The notes under the pieces are model-generated. The model saw only the letters and a program-made list of their open reading frames with translations, did not search any database and had not been told where the DNA came from. Below are positions 10,258 through 19,780 of a stretch of 64,000 bases of DNA, piece after piece. Source of the stretch: an uncultured Planctomycetota bacterium (GTDB taxonomy: Bacteria > Planctomycetota > Planctomycetia > Pirellulales > Lacipirellulaceae); assembly GCA_963719315.1 (NCBI GenBank), contig CAVRBU010000004.1, forward strand, positions 384,001-448,000. The letters are read 5' to 3'. Both the position numbers and the translations under genes were made by a program. Position 1 is the stretch's first letter; each line of letters starts with the position of its first letter.

Positions 10258-11220
10258 ATGCGATCGCGCGACTCACAGCCTGGCAATCGATTTTCAGCGC
10301 GACCCAAGCGTTCGCGGCCGTTTCGTGTGCCAGTGAGGCAATCGAAAGACTCGACTGAAGAAAGTTCGTCGGTGGAAGGGGGCGATCGGCTGCAAAAGGT
10401 TTTGGCCCAGGCGGGCATCGCCAGCCGGCGGGAGTGTGAAGAACTGATTCGCGAGGGCCGCATTGAAGTGGACCGGCATGTCGTGACGGAGTTGGGCACG
10501 CGCGTCGATCCGCAGCGTCAAGAAATTCGCGTTGATGGCGAGGCACTTGCACGACAGAAGCTTGTGTACTTTGCCGTTCATAAGCCAGTGGGAGTCGTTT
10601 GCACGTCGCGCGATCCGGCCGGCCGGCCGCGGGTGATCGACATGCTGCCGCCGAACACGCCGCGCGCGTTTTGCGTGGGCCGTCTTGATCTCGCGACGGA
10701 AGGGCTGATCCTCGTTACCAACGATGGCGAGCTAGCGAACGGCCTGACGCATCCGCGGCACGGCGTGGAGAAAGTCTACCACGTGCAGGTTGCGGGCGAG
10801 GTGAAGCACGAGGTGCTGGCTAAGCTTCATAAGGGAGTTCATCTGGCCGAAGGCTACGCGAAAGTGAAGCACGTGCGGATCAAGAGTCGCAGGAAGCGCT
10901 CGACGATATTGGAAATGGTACTGGATGAAGGACGCAACCGCGAAGTTCGCCGCTTGTTGGCCCGCGTGGGGCATAAGGTGCAGCGGCTCACACGGATTGC
11001 CGTTGGGCCGGTGCGGCTGGGAGAGTTGCCGGCGGGCGCCGTGCGGCCGCTGTTGAAGAAGGAAATCGTGGCGCTGGAGGCGGCCATCGCACACGGGCCC
11101 CGAAAAGTTAACGAATCTGATCAAGGAGTTGATGGGCCACGCCGCAAGCCGCAGGGAAGGGCAAAAGCTAGCCACAAAGACAGCAGAGATCAGAGCCAGA
11201 AAAGAGTCATCCTTGGTTGA
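10258..11220 (+). CDS. rluB: RsuA/RluB family rRNA pseudouridine synthase with S4 domain
   Basis: RLQKVLAQAGIASRR, VGRLD, EGRNREVRR; start uncertain. Confidence 0.85.
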   Translation: MRSRDSQPGNRFSARPKRSRPFRVPVRQSKDSTEESSSVEGGDRLQKVLAQAGIASRRECEELIREGRIEVDRHVVTELGTRVDPQRQEIRVDGEALARQKLVYFAVHKPVGVVCTSRDPAGRPRVIDMLPPNTPRAFCVGRLDLATEGLILVTNDGELANGLTHPRHGVEKVYHVQVAGEVKHEVLAKLHKGVHLAEGYAKVKHVRIKSRRKRSTILEMVLDEGRNREVRRLLARVGHKVQRLTRIAVGPVRLGELPAGAVRPLLKKEIVALEAAIAHGPRKVNESDQGVDGPRRKPQGRAKASHKDSRDQSQKRVILG

Positions 11221-11288
11221 GGATTTGCTTTTCTGAGTGCTCGGCGAACTCTGAGCGATTGCGTTTTGTAGCGACATGGAGGAATGCA

Positions 11289-12185
11289 TTGGCCAGTATT
11301 GCCCCAATTGCTCGCAACCCGCTTCACGCGGATTTTTATGCGGACAACGCTTCTCAGTTGCGGGTACGCGTGATCGAAAATGTGCGGCTGGCGCGCGACA
11401 CGTACCGCGTTCGCTTCGAGTGCCCGGAGATTGCGCGGGGGATTGTGCCGGGGCAGTTCGTCATGCTGCGTTTGGCCGATTTAAACGATCCGCTGCTAGG
11501 GCGGCCGTTGGCGCTGTACGACGTTGTGCGCGATGAGAGTGGCAAGGCGACCGCGATCGACGTCGTCTATTTGACGCTCGGCAAGATGACCCATCGACTC
11601 GCGCGGTTTTCGCCCGGCGACGAGCTTGATATTTGGGGGCCGCTGGGCAATGGGTTTCCACCGCGGGCGGCCGATCATCTCATCATGGTCGCCGGCGGGA
11701 TCGGCCAAACGCCTTTTTTGGCGCTCGGCCAGGAGTATTTGGGACTGCGCGCGTACGGCGATCCGCCGCGTTCCTTGCCGCGGGCTCGGCGAGTGACGTT
11801 GTGTTATGGAGTGCGGTCGGCCGAGTTGATGGCGGGCGTGCCCGACTTCGAGGCGGCTGGGTTTGATGTTCGCCTCAGCAGCGATGATGGGTCGGTGGGC
11901 CATCATGGGCTGGTGACCGATGTTCTAAGGGAAGTGCTCGATAAGCCGGCAAGCGGAGAGCGGCTTGTCGTGTGCTGCGGGCCGGAACCGATGATGCACG
12001 CGGTGGCCGAGTTGTGCGGGCTGATGGAGACGCCGTGCCTCGTCTCGCTGGAAACGCCGATGGCCTGCGGCATCGGCATCTGCTTTAGTTGCGTGACCAA
12101 GGTCCGCCAACCCGATGGCGGTTGGGACTGGAAGCGGACGTGCGTCGAGGGGCCGATCTTCGATGCGGCAAAGATCGAGTGGTGA
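11289..12185 (+). CDS. pyrK: Dihydroorotate dehydrogenase electron transfer subunit
   Basis: PGQFVML, GPLGNGF, VAGGIG, CGPEPM, MACGIGICFSC, CVEGPIF; TTG start after GGAGG inferred. Confidence 0.85.
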   Translation: MASIAPIARNPLHADFYADNASQLRVRVIENVRLARDTYRVRFECPEIARGIVPGQFVMLRLADLNDPLLGRPLALYDVVRDESGKATAIDVVYLTLGKMTHRLARFSPGDELDIWGPLGNGFPPRAADHLIMVAGGIGQTPFLALGQEYLGLRAYGDPPRSLPRARRVTLCYGVRSAELMAGVPDFEAAGFDVRLSSDDGSVGHHGLVTDVLREVLDKPASGERLVVCCGPEPMMHAVAELCGLMETPCLVSLETPMACGIGICFSCVTKVRQPDGGWDWKRTCVEGPIFDAAKIEW

Positions 12186-12249
12186 TCAGCAACGGTTGCC
12201 GCATCACCCCTGCTCGCGCAGGCTGCAATCCTTGGTTGCGCAGGAGGGC

Positions 12250-12519
12250 CTATTTGGCTTTAAGGCCCTTAATCACGTGCGAGAGCCGCGACTTGGTGCG
12301 GGCGGCGGCGTTGGCGTGGATCACTCGATTGCCGGCGGCCTGGTCGAGCTTTTTCACGAGCGTGCGATACTCGGCTACGCTCTCGTTAAGATTCTTGGCC
12401 TTGATGGCTTCGCGAACTTTCCGCATCTGGGCGCAAAGGCGCGACTTGGTGGAACGATTGCTGGCGCGGCGAACTGCGTCTTGCCGCATGCGTTTTTTGG
12501 CGCTGGATGTATTGGGCAT
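12250..12519 (-). CDS. rpsT: 30S ribosomal protein S20
   Basis: MPNTSSAKKRMRQ...IHANAAARTKSRL. Confidence 0.95.
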   Translation of the reverse strand: MPNTSSAKKRMRQDAVRRASNRSTKSRLCAQMRKVREAIKAKNLNESVAEYRTLVKKLDQAAGNRVIHANAAARTKSRLSHVIKGLKAK

Positions 12520-12639
12520 GTTCGGGTGTTGGTTGTCCGTAGTCAGTTGTCCGAAGTAGGGTTCCACAGAACCGAGATTCCGTGGCCAACTATAGCACGC
12601 AAGAAACGGCTTGCAGCGGACATCGGACAAATTTCAGAA

Positions 12640-14091
12640 TCACCCACTATCGCGTAAAGCGGCCAGTTTGTCTAGCCTTTCCGCGACGTCGCGATAGCCG
12701 AAGTCCATGGCGGCCAGTTGGGTGAGGTATTTTTCAGCTTTCTCGCGGTCCTTCAATTCGGCGGCCAGAACGCCGGCCCGATATAAGGCCAATTTTTTCG
12801 TATCCGCCTGGAAATCGTCGGAAGCCTGTACAGCGGCCTCGTAGCTCCCCAGGGCTAATGTGAATTGTTTGACGTACTGAAACGATTCGCCTAGATGGAG
12901 CTGAACTTGGGCCTTGTGGCGGCTTTCGTCGCGGGCTGCTTGGAAGGCTTGGATGGCTTCTTTGAACTTGCCCGCTTTTTTGCAGCGCAAGCCGAGTTCG
13001 TATTGCAGCATCGAGTTGCCCGGATTGCGTTCGACGCGGGCGGCGTAGACTTCCAATTCCGCCTGATTGGCCTGAACCGTCATGCGTTTTGCCAAGTCGA
13101 TTGCATCCGCCGTTTTATCGCGTTCGGCCCGGCTCTGTGCGACGGCCACCCGGTGTTGAGCCAGTCGCAGGTGGGCGTCTTCTAGTTTTTCGCGGATCTG
13201 CAAATCGCCGCCGCCGGAGGCGGCTAGCACGCGGGTGAGAATCTCCGAGGCCTCGCGCAAGCGGTTTTGTCCGTTGAATAGTTCGGCAAGTTCCAGGTAA
13301 TTGGCCGTCTCGGCGGGCTGGCTTTCGATCGCGGCGAGCAACTCTTTTTCGCGGCCGCCGTCCGTTTTGTCAGACTTCGATGAGGTTGTCTTGGGAGCAT
13401 CGGCTCGGCCTTGCGAGACACGCTCACGGGTGGAGTCTTCCATCTCCTTCGATGCCGCGGCGGTCGCGTGGAGCATGTCTTGGTTGTAGCCGCCTTTTTG
13501 AATCGTCTTTTCGACGCTTAACTTCGAAATCGCCTTAGCGGCTTCTTCATCGTTCGGCTTGCCTTGCTCGACGCGACGCCAACAACTGATGGCCTGATCG
13601 AACTGACCGAGCCGAGTGAGAATATCGGCCGCCTTGCGATTGACGGTCAGGTCTGCGGGCGCGGCATCGAGCGCCCATCGGAGCACGAAGAGTTGGCATT
13701 CGTCGCTGCCGATTTGTTGATAGGCTTCGGCCACATCCAGCAGAGTCGAGGTCTCCCAAGGATTGGCTTTGAAGGCCTCACAGGCGGCGGTGAAGGCTTC
13801 GCGCCATTGCCCTTTGCCGGCCGCTTTGTTGAGTGTCATTCGCGTGGTTTTGGTACGCAGACCGGCGAAGCGGGAACCTTTCTTGTTGTTGCCGTATTTC
13901 TGGGCGAGATTGCCGAGGAAGTGTTGCAAATAAATCAAGTTGGCCGGATCTTCCACGAGGCACTGTGCGAACAAGTCGTGCGCGTAGTCGTAGTCGGCCT
14001 TTTCGGCGCTGCGCTTTCCGTGCTCGAACACGGCTTGCAATCGCTGGCGCACGGCCGTGGAAACCGGCGGCAAAGTATTGCGAGTCGACAT
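12640..14091 (-). CDS. Tetratricopeptide repeat protein
   Basis: Multiple TPR-like helices; ends DFGYRDVAERL. Confidence 0.8.
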   Translation of the reverse strand: MSTRNTLPPVSTAVRQRLQAVFEHGKRSAEKADYDYAHDLFAQCLVEDPANLIYLQHFLGNLAQKYGNNKKGSRFAGLRTKTTRMTLNKAAGKGQWREAFTAACEAFKANPWETSTLLDVAEAYQQIGSDECQLFVLRWALDAAPADLTVNRKAADILTRLGQFDQAISCWRRVEQGKPNDEEAAKAISKLSVEKTIQKGGYNQDMLHATAAASKEMEDSTRERVSQGRADAPKTTSSKSDKTDGGREKELLAAIESQPAETANYLELAELFNGQNRLREASEILTRVLAASGGGDLQIREKLEDAHLRLAQHRVAVAQSRAERDKTADAIDLAKRMTVQANQAELEVYAARVERNPGNSMLQYELGLRCKKAGKFKEAIQAFQAARDESRHKAQVQLHLGESFQYVKQFTLALGSYEAAVQASDDFQADTKKLALYRAGVLAAELKDREKAEKYLTQLAAMDFGYRDVAERLDKLAALRDSG

Positions 14092-14119
14092 GTGGCATCA
14101 GCCCTTCGAAGAACGCTCA

Positions 14120-14300
14120 GGGTGCCGCTGGCGCTACCAGTGTTACGACGCCACTGCGAATATTTGTATGCAGTGCTATTTGTCGCGCCACGCTGCGAGG
14201 CTATCGCACCGCTGGAAGTTGCTAACCATTTCCCGCCGCAAGGTGCTCGCCGCGACGCATCACTACTGCACCCAGGCGTACCTAGCCAGCAGTGGCACCC
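14120..14300. repeat. Degenerate GGGTGCC-type REP pair related to the RAYT-flanking REPs
   Basis: GGGTGCCGCTGG..CCAGTG at 14120-14142 and AGCCAGCAGTGGCACCC at 14284-14300. Confidence 0.6.
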
Positions 14301-14393
14301 GATCAGCTTTCATTCTACCAAGTGGCTATCATCGCACAATCTGATGAGTTACCGTAAGTTTAGAAGCACACAGTAGTTCGGCGCGGGGCATCC

Positions 14394-15911
14394 ATGATCG
14401 AATCTAGCGGCAAAGTGTATCTCGTCGGCGCGGGGCCGGGCGACCCTGGGTTGCTGACACTGCGCGGGGCCGAATGCCTGCGCGAGGCCGATGTCGTTCT
14501 GTACGATTACCTGGCCGCTCCGGAATTGCTGACGCACACGCGGCCTGGAGCCGAGCTTGTTTGTCTGGGCCGGCACGGACACGGCCGGTTGATGTCTCAG
14601 ACCGAAACCAGCGAGGCCATGATACGCCCCGCAGTTGAAGGTCGGACGGTGGTGAGATTGAAAGGTGGCGATCCGGCAATTTTTGCCCGGCTGGCGGAGG
14701 AACTTGATGCGCTCGAATCGGCGGGTGTGCCGTATGAGATCGTGCCCGGCGTAACGGCTGCATCAGCGGCAAGCAGCCACGCGGGCGTGCCGCTTACAAA
14801 TCGGGATGAGGCATCCTGCGTGGCGTTCGTGACGGGCCAAGAATGTGGCAACAAGCGGCCAGGCGAAGCGCTCGATTACGCCGCGTTGGCCAATTTCCCC
14901 GGCACGCTGGTGTTTTACATGGGTATCACGACGGCCTCGCAGTGGAGCACCGCGTTGGTCGAGCACGGCAAGCCGGCGGAAACGCCGGTGGCGATTGTGC
15001 GGCGTACGTCACTGCCCGATCAAGAGACGATCTTTACGACGTTGGGTAAGTTGCCAAGTCTGCTGACGAAAAGCAAGCTGCGGCCGCCGGCCGTCGTCGT
15101 CGTGGGAGACGTCGCCCGCGAACGGTCCCAATTTAGCTGGTTCAATACGCGGCCGATGTTCGGGAGAACGGTGCTCGTGACGCGGCCTGAGCATCAAGCC
15201 GACAATCTTTCTCATCGCTTGCGCAATCTAGGCGCTAACGTGTTGTGCCAGCCGGCGATCGAAATCACGCCGCCGGCCGATTGGTCGCCCGTCGACACGG
15301 CGATCGGGCGACTCGGGAATTTCGATTGGCTGGTGTTCTCCAGCAGCAACGGCGTGCATTTTTTCATGCAACGGTTGTTTACGCGCGGCCACGACACGCG
15401 GCGGTTGGGCGGAGCAAAACTGGCCGCCATCGGGCCGGCTACGTTGGAAGCACTCTCAAAGTTTCATCTAACGGCGGATGTGCAACCGGACACATACCGG
15501 GCCGAAGCCTTGGCCGAGGCGCTTGTTCCACACGTTCGCGGAAAGCGCGTTCTGCTGCTGCGGGCTAGTCGCGGGCGCGAGGTGTTGGCCGAAATGCTGT
15601 CGGCCGCGGGCGCCGTGGTCGAACAAGTCGTGGTCTACGAAAGTCGCGACGTAACTTCGCCCGAGGCAGATGTCGCGGCGGCTCTTGAGGCCGGGAATAT
15701 CGACTTTACAACCGTCACAAGTTCCGCAATTGCCCGCAGTCTCGTAGGTATGTTCGGCGCATCGCTCAGGAAAACGCGACTGGCGGCGATCAGCCCGCTA
15801 ACGGGGGAAGTACTCGCGGAACTCGGTTTTCCGCCGGCGATTGTGGCGAATCAGTACACGAGCGACGGATTAGCGACGGCAATTCTCGCCGCCACGTCTG
15901 GCGAAGTTTGA
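14394..15911 (+). CDS. cobA: Uroporphyrinogen-III C-methyltransferase / uroporphyrinogen-III synthase fusion (CobA-HemD)
   Basis: VYLVGAGPGDPGLLT, RLKGGDP, VPGVTA; then VLVTRP, WLVFSSSNGV, AAIGPAT. Confidence 0.92.
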   Translation: MIESSGKVYLVGAGPGDPGLLTLRGAECLREADVVLYDYLAAPELLTHTRPGAELVCLGRHGHGRLMSQTETSEAMIRPAVEGRTVVRLKGGDPAIFARLAEELDALESAGVPYEIVPGVTAASAASSHAGVPLTNRDEASCVAFVTGQECGNKRPGEALDYAALANFPGTLVFYMGITTASQWSTALVEHGKPAETPVAIVRRTSLPDQETIFTTLGKLPSLLTKSKLRPPAVVVVGDVARERSQFSWFNTRPMFGRTVLVTRPEHQADNLSHRLRNLGANVLCQPAIEITPPADWSPVDTAIGRLGNFDWLVFSSSNGVHFFMQRLFTRGHDTRRLGGAKLAAIGPATLEALSKFHLTADVQPDTYRAEALAEALVPHVRGKRVLLLRASRGREVLAEMLSAAGAVVEQVVVYESRDVTSPEADVAAALEAGNIDFTTVTSSAIARSLVGMFGASLRKTRLAAISPLTGEVLAELGFPPAIVANQYTSDGLATAILAATSGEV

Positions 15912-16016
15912 CGTTGACGAAGAATCTCATTGGTACCCTGATTAGGACCATCACGGCAAGTTTGCGGCGAAACGTCTGACGTTTGATGAATCGTGCGCCA
16001 ACGTCCGATGCTATCT

Positions 16017-16083
16017 GTAGGTCGGGCTTTAGCCTGACGACCGTAGGTCGGGCCGAAAGTCGTTAGACTAAAGCCTGACCTAC
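16017..16083. repeat. GTAG-type REP inverted doublet
   Basis: GTAGGTCGGGCTTTAGCCTGAC ... GTTAGACTAAAGCCTGACCTAC, with a partial third unit between. Confidence 0.7.
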
Positions 16084-16230
16084 TGCATCCGCTGGGCGTG
16101 AACTGCGAGCGCGCCGGGCGATACACCGTGCCGGTTCATGATGGACCGGTCCTCGATTGGCAAGGACGTTTGTTCCCCCCACTTGCCTGCCATCCTTCCC
16201 CACCGCTCGCGCTCTTTGGGAGCCAGTGTT

Positions 16231-16479
16231 ATGTCCGGTGAATTCCCCGCCGCATCGCCAAAGGTTCGTGCAACCTTGTACTTGCCGCAGGATTTGCTGG
16301 AAGAAGCCCGCGATGCGGCCGTCCATTTGGGCGGCTTCCCATTACGGCTTACGCTCACGAAGTTTGCGGAGCGCGCCTTTCGTGCCGAATTGCAGAGGCT
16401 CAAAGATACATACAACGCCGGCTGCGACTTTCCGCCGAGAGACGAGGATTTGAAGGGTGGCCGACCCATCGCAGCGTAG
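16231..16479 (+). CDS. Small ribbon-helix-helix-like protein resembling ParB C-terminal-type partition proteins
   Basis: RATLYLPQDLLEEARDA...AELQRLKDTYNAGCDFPPR..LKGGRP. Confidence 0.55.
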   Translation: MSGEFPAASPKVRATLYLPQDLLEEARDAAVHLGGFPLRLTLTKFAERAFRAELQRLKDTYNAGCDFPPRDEDLKGGRPIAA

Positions 16480-16496
16480 CGAGAAAGAGTTTCCCA

Positions 16497-16741
16497 TGCT
16501 CCGCAGTATAAAACGCAACGGCGGCAAACCCGTCGTAAAACTGTATCCGCGGTTAGCGACCGTGAATGCAGTGCAAAAATTAGTGACGCTCGATCGACGA
16601 CCGGCCGCCGGTCGTGAACACATTGTCGCAGTGCTTAGCGAGCGCGACGCCGAAACAATCCAAGTTCGAGCACGATTGTTGCAAATGATCTTGGACAACG
16701 AGCGAACTCGCCACAACGCGTGGCGACCGAACGCGAGTTGA
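16497..16741 (+). CDS. Hypothetical protein
   Basis: ATG after purine-rich site directly downstream of previous gene; no motif recognised. Confidence 0.4.
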
Positions 16742-16814
16742 GAGCGATTGAAATTAGTCTATTTGAATGAGATCTTTGCTTGAAATATCCGCTTGAGAGA
16801 TCTCGGCTGCTTCG

Positions 16815-17848
16815 ATGTCTTACGGCTTTCGAAAACTTCTGGTTTGCGCGTGTTTGATCGCGGCAGGAGCGAACAACACTACCGCGGCTGCATGGCCGTT
16901 TCTGTTCGGGGGCGGCCACCAGGCGGTTTATGACTCGTTGCCAGGCGATGCGAAGCCGCATCCGTCCGTCGCGCGGATCATTGTGCCGGAGGATGGCTCG
17001 ACGGCGTTTGGGAGCGGGACGCTGGTCGGCGTTCGCGATCAGCACGGTTTGGTCGTCACGAATTGGCACGTCGTGCGGGACGCGGTCGGACTGGTGGAAG
17101 TCGTATTTCCGGATGGCTTCCGGTCGCACGCGCGGCCGCTCAAGGTTGACCAAGATTGGGACCTGGCGGCGCTAGTGATCTGGCGGCCCAATGTAGAGCC
17201 AGTGAAGATTGCGGCGCGACCGCCGCGGCCGGGCGATTTGCTCACGATCCACGGTTACGGTCGCGGCAAGTATCGCATCGCGACGGGCCGCTGCACGACG
17301 TACTATGCGCCGCAGCCGAATTTCCCGCATGAGATGGTGGAGCTGGATGTGGAAGCTCGCCAGGGCGATTCGGGCGGGCCGATATTCAACCAATCGGGCG
17401 AGTTGGCCGGCGTGTTGTTCGGGGCAGGGCAGGGGACCACGATGGGAAGCTTCGCCCCGCGCGTGCGAAATTTTCTAGCGGCGGTGGCGCCGGATATCGA
17501 CCATGCCAACTCGCAGACGCAGGTGGCTGTCGCGGATCGGCCGGCGCCGGTGGTTATCTTGCCGAATGGCGGCAAGGTGGATGAGTCGAGCTCCAGGTAT
17601 CCAAGCGCACCGTGGTCGCCGAGTTCACCGTGGTCGCCAAAAACGGGGACAGGAACGGCAACGAACAATCGATCTAGCGCCAGCGGTGCGAAACTAGCTT
17701 CTACTACCTCTCCGAACGAAGGGGCAAAGAATCAGTCGCTCTCCTGGAGCGACTTGGGCGCGCGGGTTGGTTCGAACCGCTGAAATCACTCTTGGCCGTC
17801 GTCGGGCTGGCGGCTATCGCGCTGCGATTGGTGAAGAAGATTCATTAA
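16815..17848 (+). CDS. Secreted trypsin-like serine protease with probable C-terminal membrane anchor; frameshift near 17760
   Basis: GSG, TNWHVV, DLAAL, GDSGGP; shifted frame gives WFEPLKSLLAVVGLAAIALRLVKKIH-stop. Confidence 0.8.
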
Positions 17849-17891
17849 GAAGGCTCTCACAGAGTCACGACCCCTTCACATCTGAGTGAGA

Positions 17892-18386
17892 TCAGCTCAG
17901 CGCTGAGATCTTGGCGCGCAAATCGGGGATGATCACTTGCGGGATGAAGCGAGCCAGCTCGGCGTCGCTGGCGAGCGGCGTGATCTGTTTGATAAGCGAA
18001 CTCGAAACGTGTGAGAACTCTTCGTCGGCCATCAGAAAGACCGTCTCGATACTTGGGTCGAGCTTACGGTTGGCGAGTGTCATCGTGAACTCGGTGTCCA
18101 TGTCGGAGAGCGAACGGACTCCGCGAATGATGACGCGGGCGTTGCACTCGCGCACGAACTGGACGGCCAACCCGGCAAACTGACGAACTTCAACGTTCCC
18201 CAGCTGCTTGGTGACGCGCTCGACCAACTCGGCTCTTTCGTCGCCCGTGAACAGTGACTGCTTGTCAATGTTCGTGCCGATACCGACGATCAACCTATCG
18301 ACAAGCCGGCTGCTGCGCTCGATCACGTTGAGATGCCCGAGCGTAATCGGGTCGAAGGAACCAGTGTAGACGGCGCGGCGAGACAT
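17892..18386 (-). CDS. coaD: Phosphopantetheine adenylyltransferase
   Basis: AVYTGSFDPITLGHL, IIRGVR, VSSSLIK. Confidence 0.95.
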   Translation of the reverse strand: MSRRAVYTGSFDPITLGHLNVIERSSRLVDRLIVGIGTNIDKQSLFTGDERAELVERVTKQLGNVEVRQFAGLAVQFVRECNARVIIRGVRSLSDMDTEFTMTLANRKLDPSIETVFLMADEEFSHVSSSLIKQITPLASDAELARFIPQVIIPDLRAKISALS

Positions 18387-18475
18387 GGGGATGAAGCTAT
18401 TAACTGTGAGCTATCAACTTTTAGCTAGAGGATTCAAAGGATTAGCTAATAGCTAAAAGCTATGAGCTGACAGTT

Positions 18476-19639
18476 TCAACTAAACGACGTCAGTGCCTCC
18501 ACCAACCGGTCGAGATCTTCTTCATTGTTGTATGCATGGGGGCTGATCCGCAATCGGCCAGCACGGCAGCCGAAGATCACGTTTTGTCGCAGGGCGTGGC
18601 GTTTGAGGGCCTTGGGGTCGCGGCCGGGTAGCTCGAACGCCACGATTCCAGAGCGTTGCTCGCCGTTTCGATGGTCCAGCCGGCGGTCGGAGACGATCGT
18701 GGCCCCGATTTCGGTCAGCCGCTCGCATGCTCGGTCGGTGATGTCAAGGATGGCCGCCGCGATGTTTTGGACTCCCAATTCATTGAGTAGTTTTATGCTC
18801 GCGCCGAACGCGAGAATGCCGCCGCTGTTTTGTGAACCTCCTTCGTAGCGGGCGGCGGTAGGCCGCAAGTTTAGTTCGATGTGCGTGAAATCCTGGGCGG
18901 GATTCACGCTATGCCAGCCGGGGCCAACAGCCCGCAGTTGATCGAGATGTTTGCGGCGGATGTAGGCGATGCCGGCGCCTTCCGGGCCGAGCAGCCACTT
19001 GTGCCCGTCAGCGGCCATGAAGTCGATGTCAAATTCGTTCACGTCGAGCGGAAACACGCCGAGGGCCTGAATGCCATCGAGAAACAAGAGCGCGCCGCGC
19101 TTGTGGGCGATATCGGCGATCCGCCGTACGTCTTGCCGGTAGCCGGTCGTGAAGCCGACCCAACTGATCGTGACGATCCGCGTTCTCGCGTCGCAGGCTT
19201 CAGCAAGCCGTTCCAGGTCGGGCCGGCCAGTGACGTCGGTCTGTACGAGCCGTGTTTCGACGCCGCGATTGGCGAGGTTCATCCACGGATAGACATTGGA
19301 CGGAAACTCATTGGCGAAAGTGACGACGTTGTCGCCTTCGCGCCAGTCGAGCCCTTCGGCAATGAGGCTGATGCCGCCGGTGGTGTTGCCGACCAGGGCG
19401 ATCTCGTCCGGATGGGCACCGATCATTTGCGCGGAAGAGGCCCGCATCGCTTCGATGCCCTTCACCCACTCGCCCCAAACGGGGTTGCCGATTTCGACGG
19501 CCTCCTTCAACCATCTCTGGAAAACGTCGGCCGTTGGGTGCGGAAGCGGCGCCATGGCCGCGTGGTCAAAATAGGCGTATTTCGCGGCGGCCGGCATTTC
19601 GGCTCGCAACCGCGCGCGCGTCTCATCAACCGATGTCAT
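18476..19639 (-). CDS. Class V PLP-dependent aminotransferase (cysteine desulfurase-like)
   Basis: YFDHAA, EFPSNVYPW, DGIQALG, DGHKWLLGPEG, RISPHAYN. Confidence 0.88.
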   Translation of the reverse strand: MTSVDETRARLRAEMPAAAKYAYFDHAAMAPLPHPTADVFQRWLKEAVEIGNPVWGEWVKGIEAMRASSAQMIGAHPDEIALVGNTTGGISLIAEGLDWREGDNVVTFANEFPSNVYPWMNLANRGVETRLVQTDVTGRPDLERLAEACDARTRIVTISWVGFTTGYRQDVRRIADIAHKRGALLFLDGIQALGVFPLDVNEFDIDFMAADGHKWLLGPEGAGIAYIRRKHLDQLRAVGPGWHSVNPAQDFTHIELNLRPTAARYEGGSQNSGGILAFGASIKLLNELGVQNIAAAILDITDRACERLTEIGATIVSDRRLDHRNGEQRSGIVAFELPGRDPKALKRHALRQNVIFGCRAGRLRISPHAYNNEEDLDRLVEALTSFS

Positions 19640-19780
19640 GCGATTTCCAAATAGTGAGAGGTGGCACGGAAAGCAACGGAAAGCAGGAGAGTCTGCCGCG
19701 CCAAATCATCGGGCGTTTGTCCTGAACGCCGAATTGCAGCGCTCCGATTTTAGCCGCAAATTTGCCGGGCGCTAACGGGC

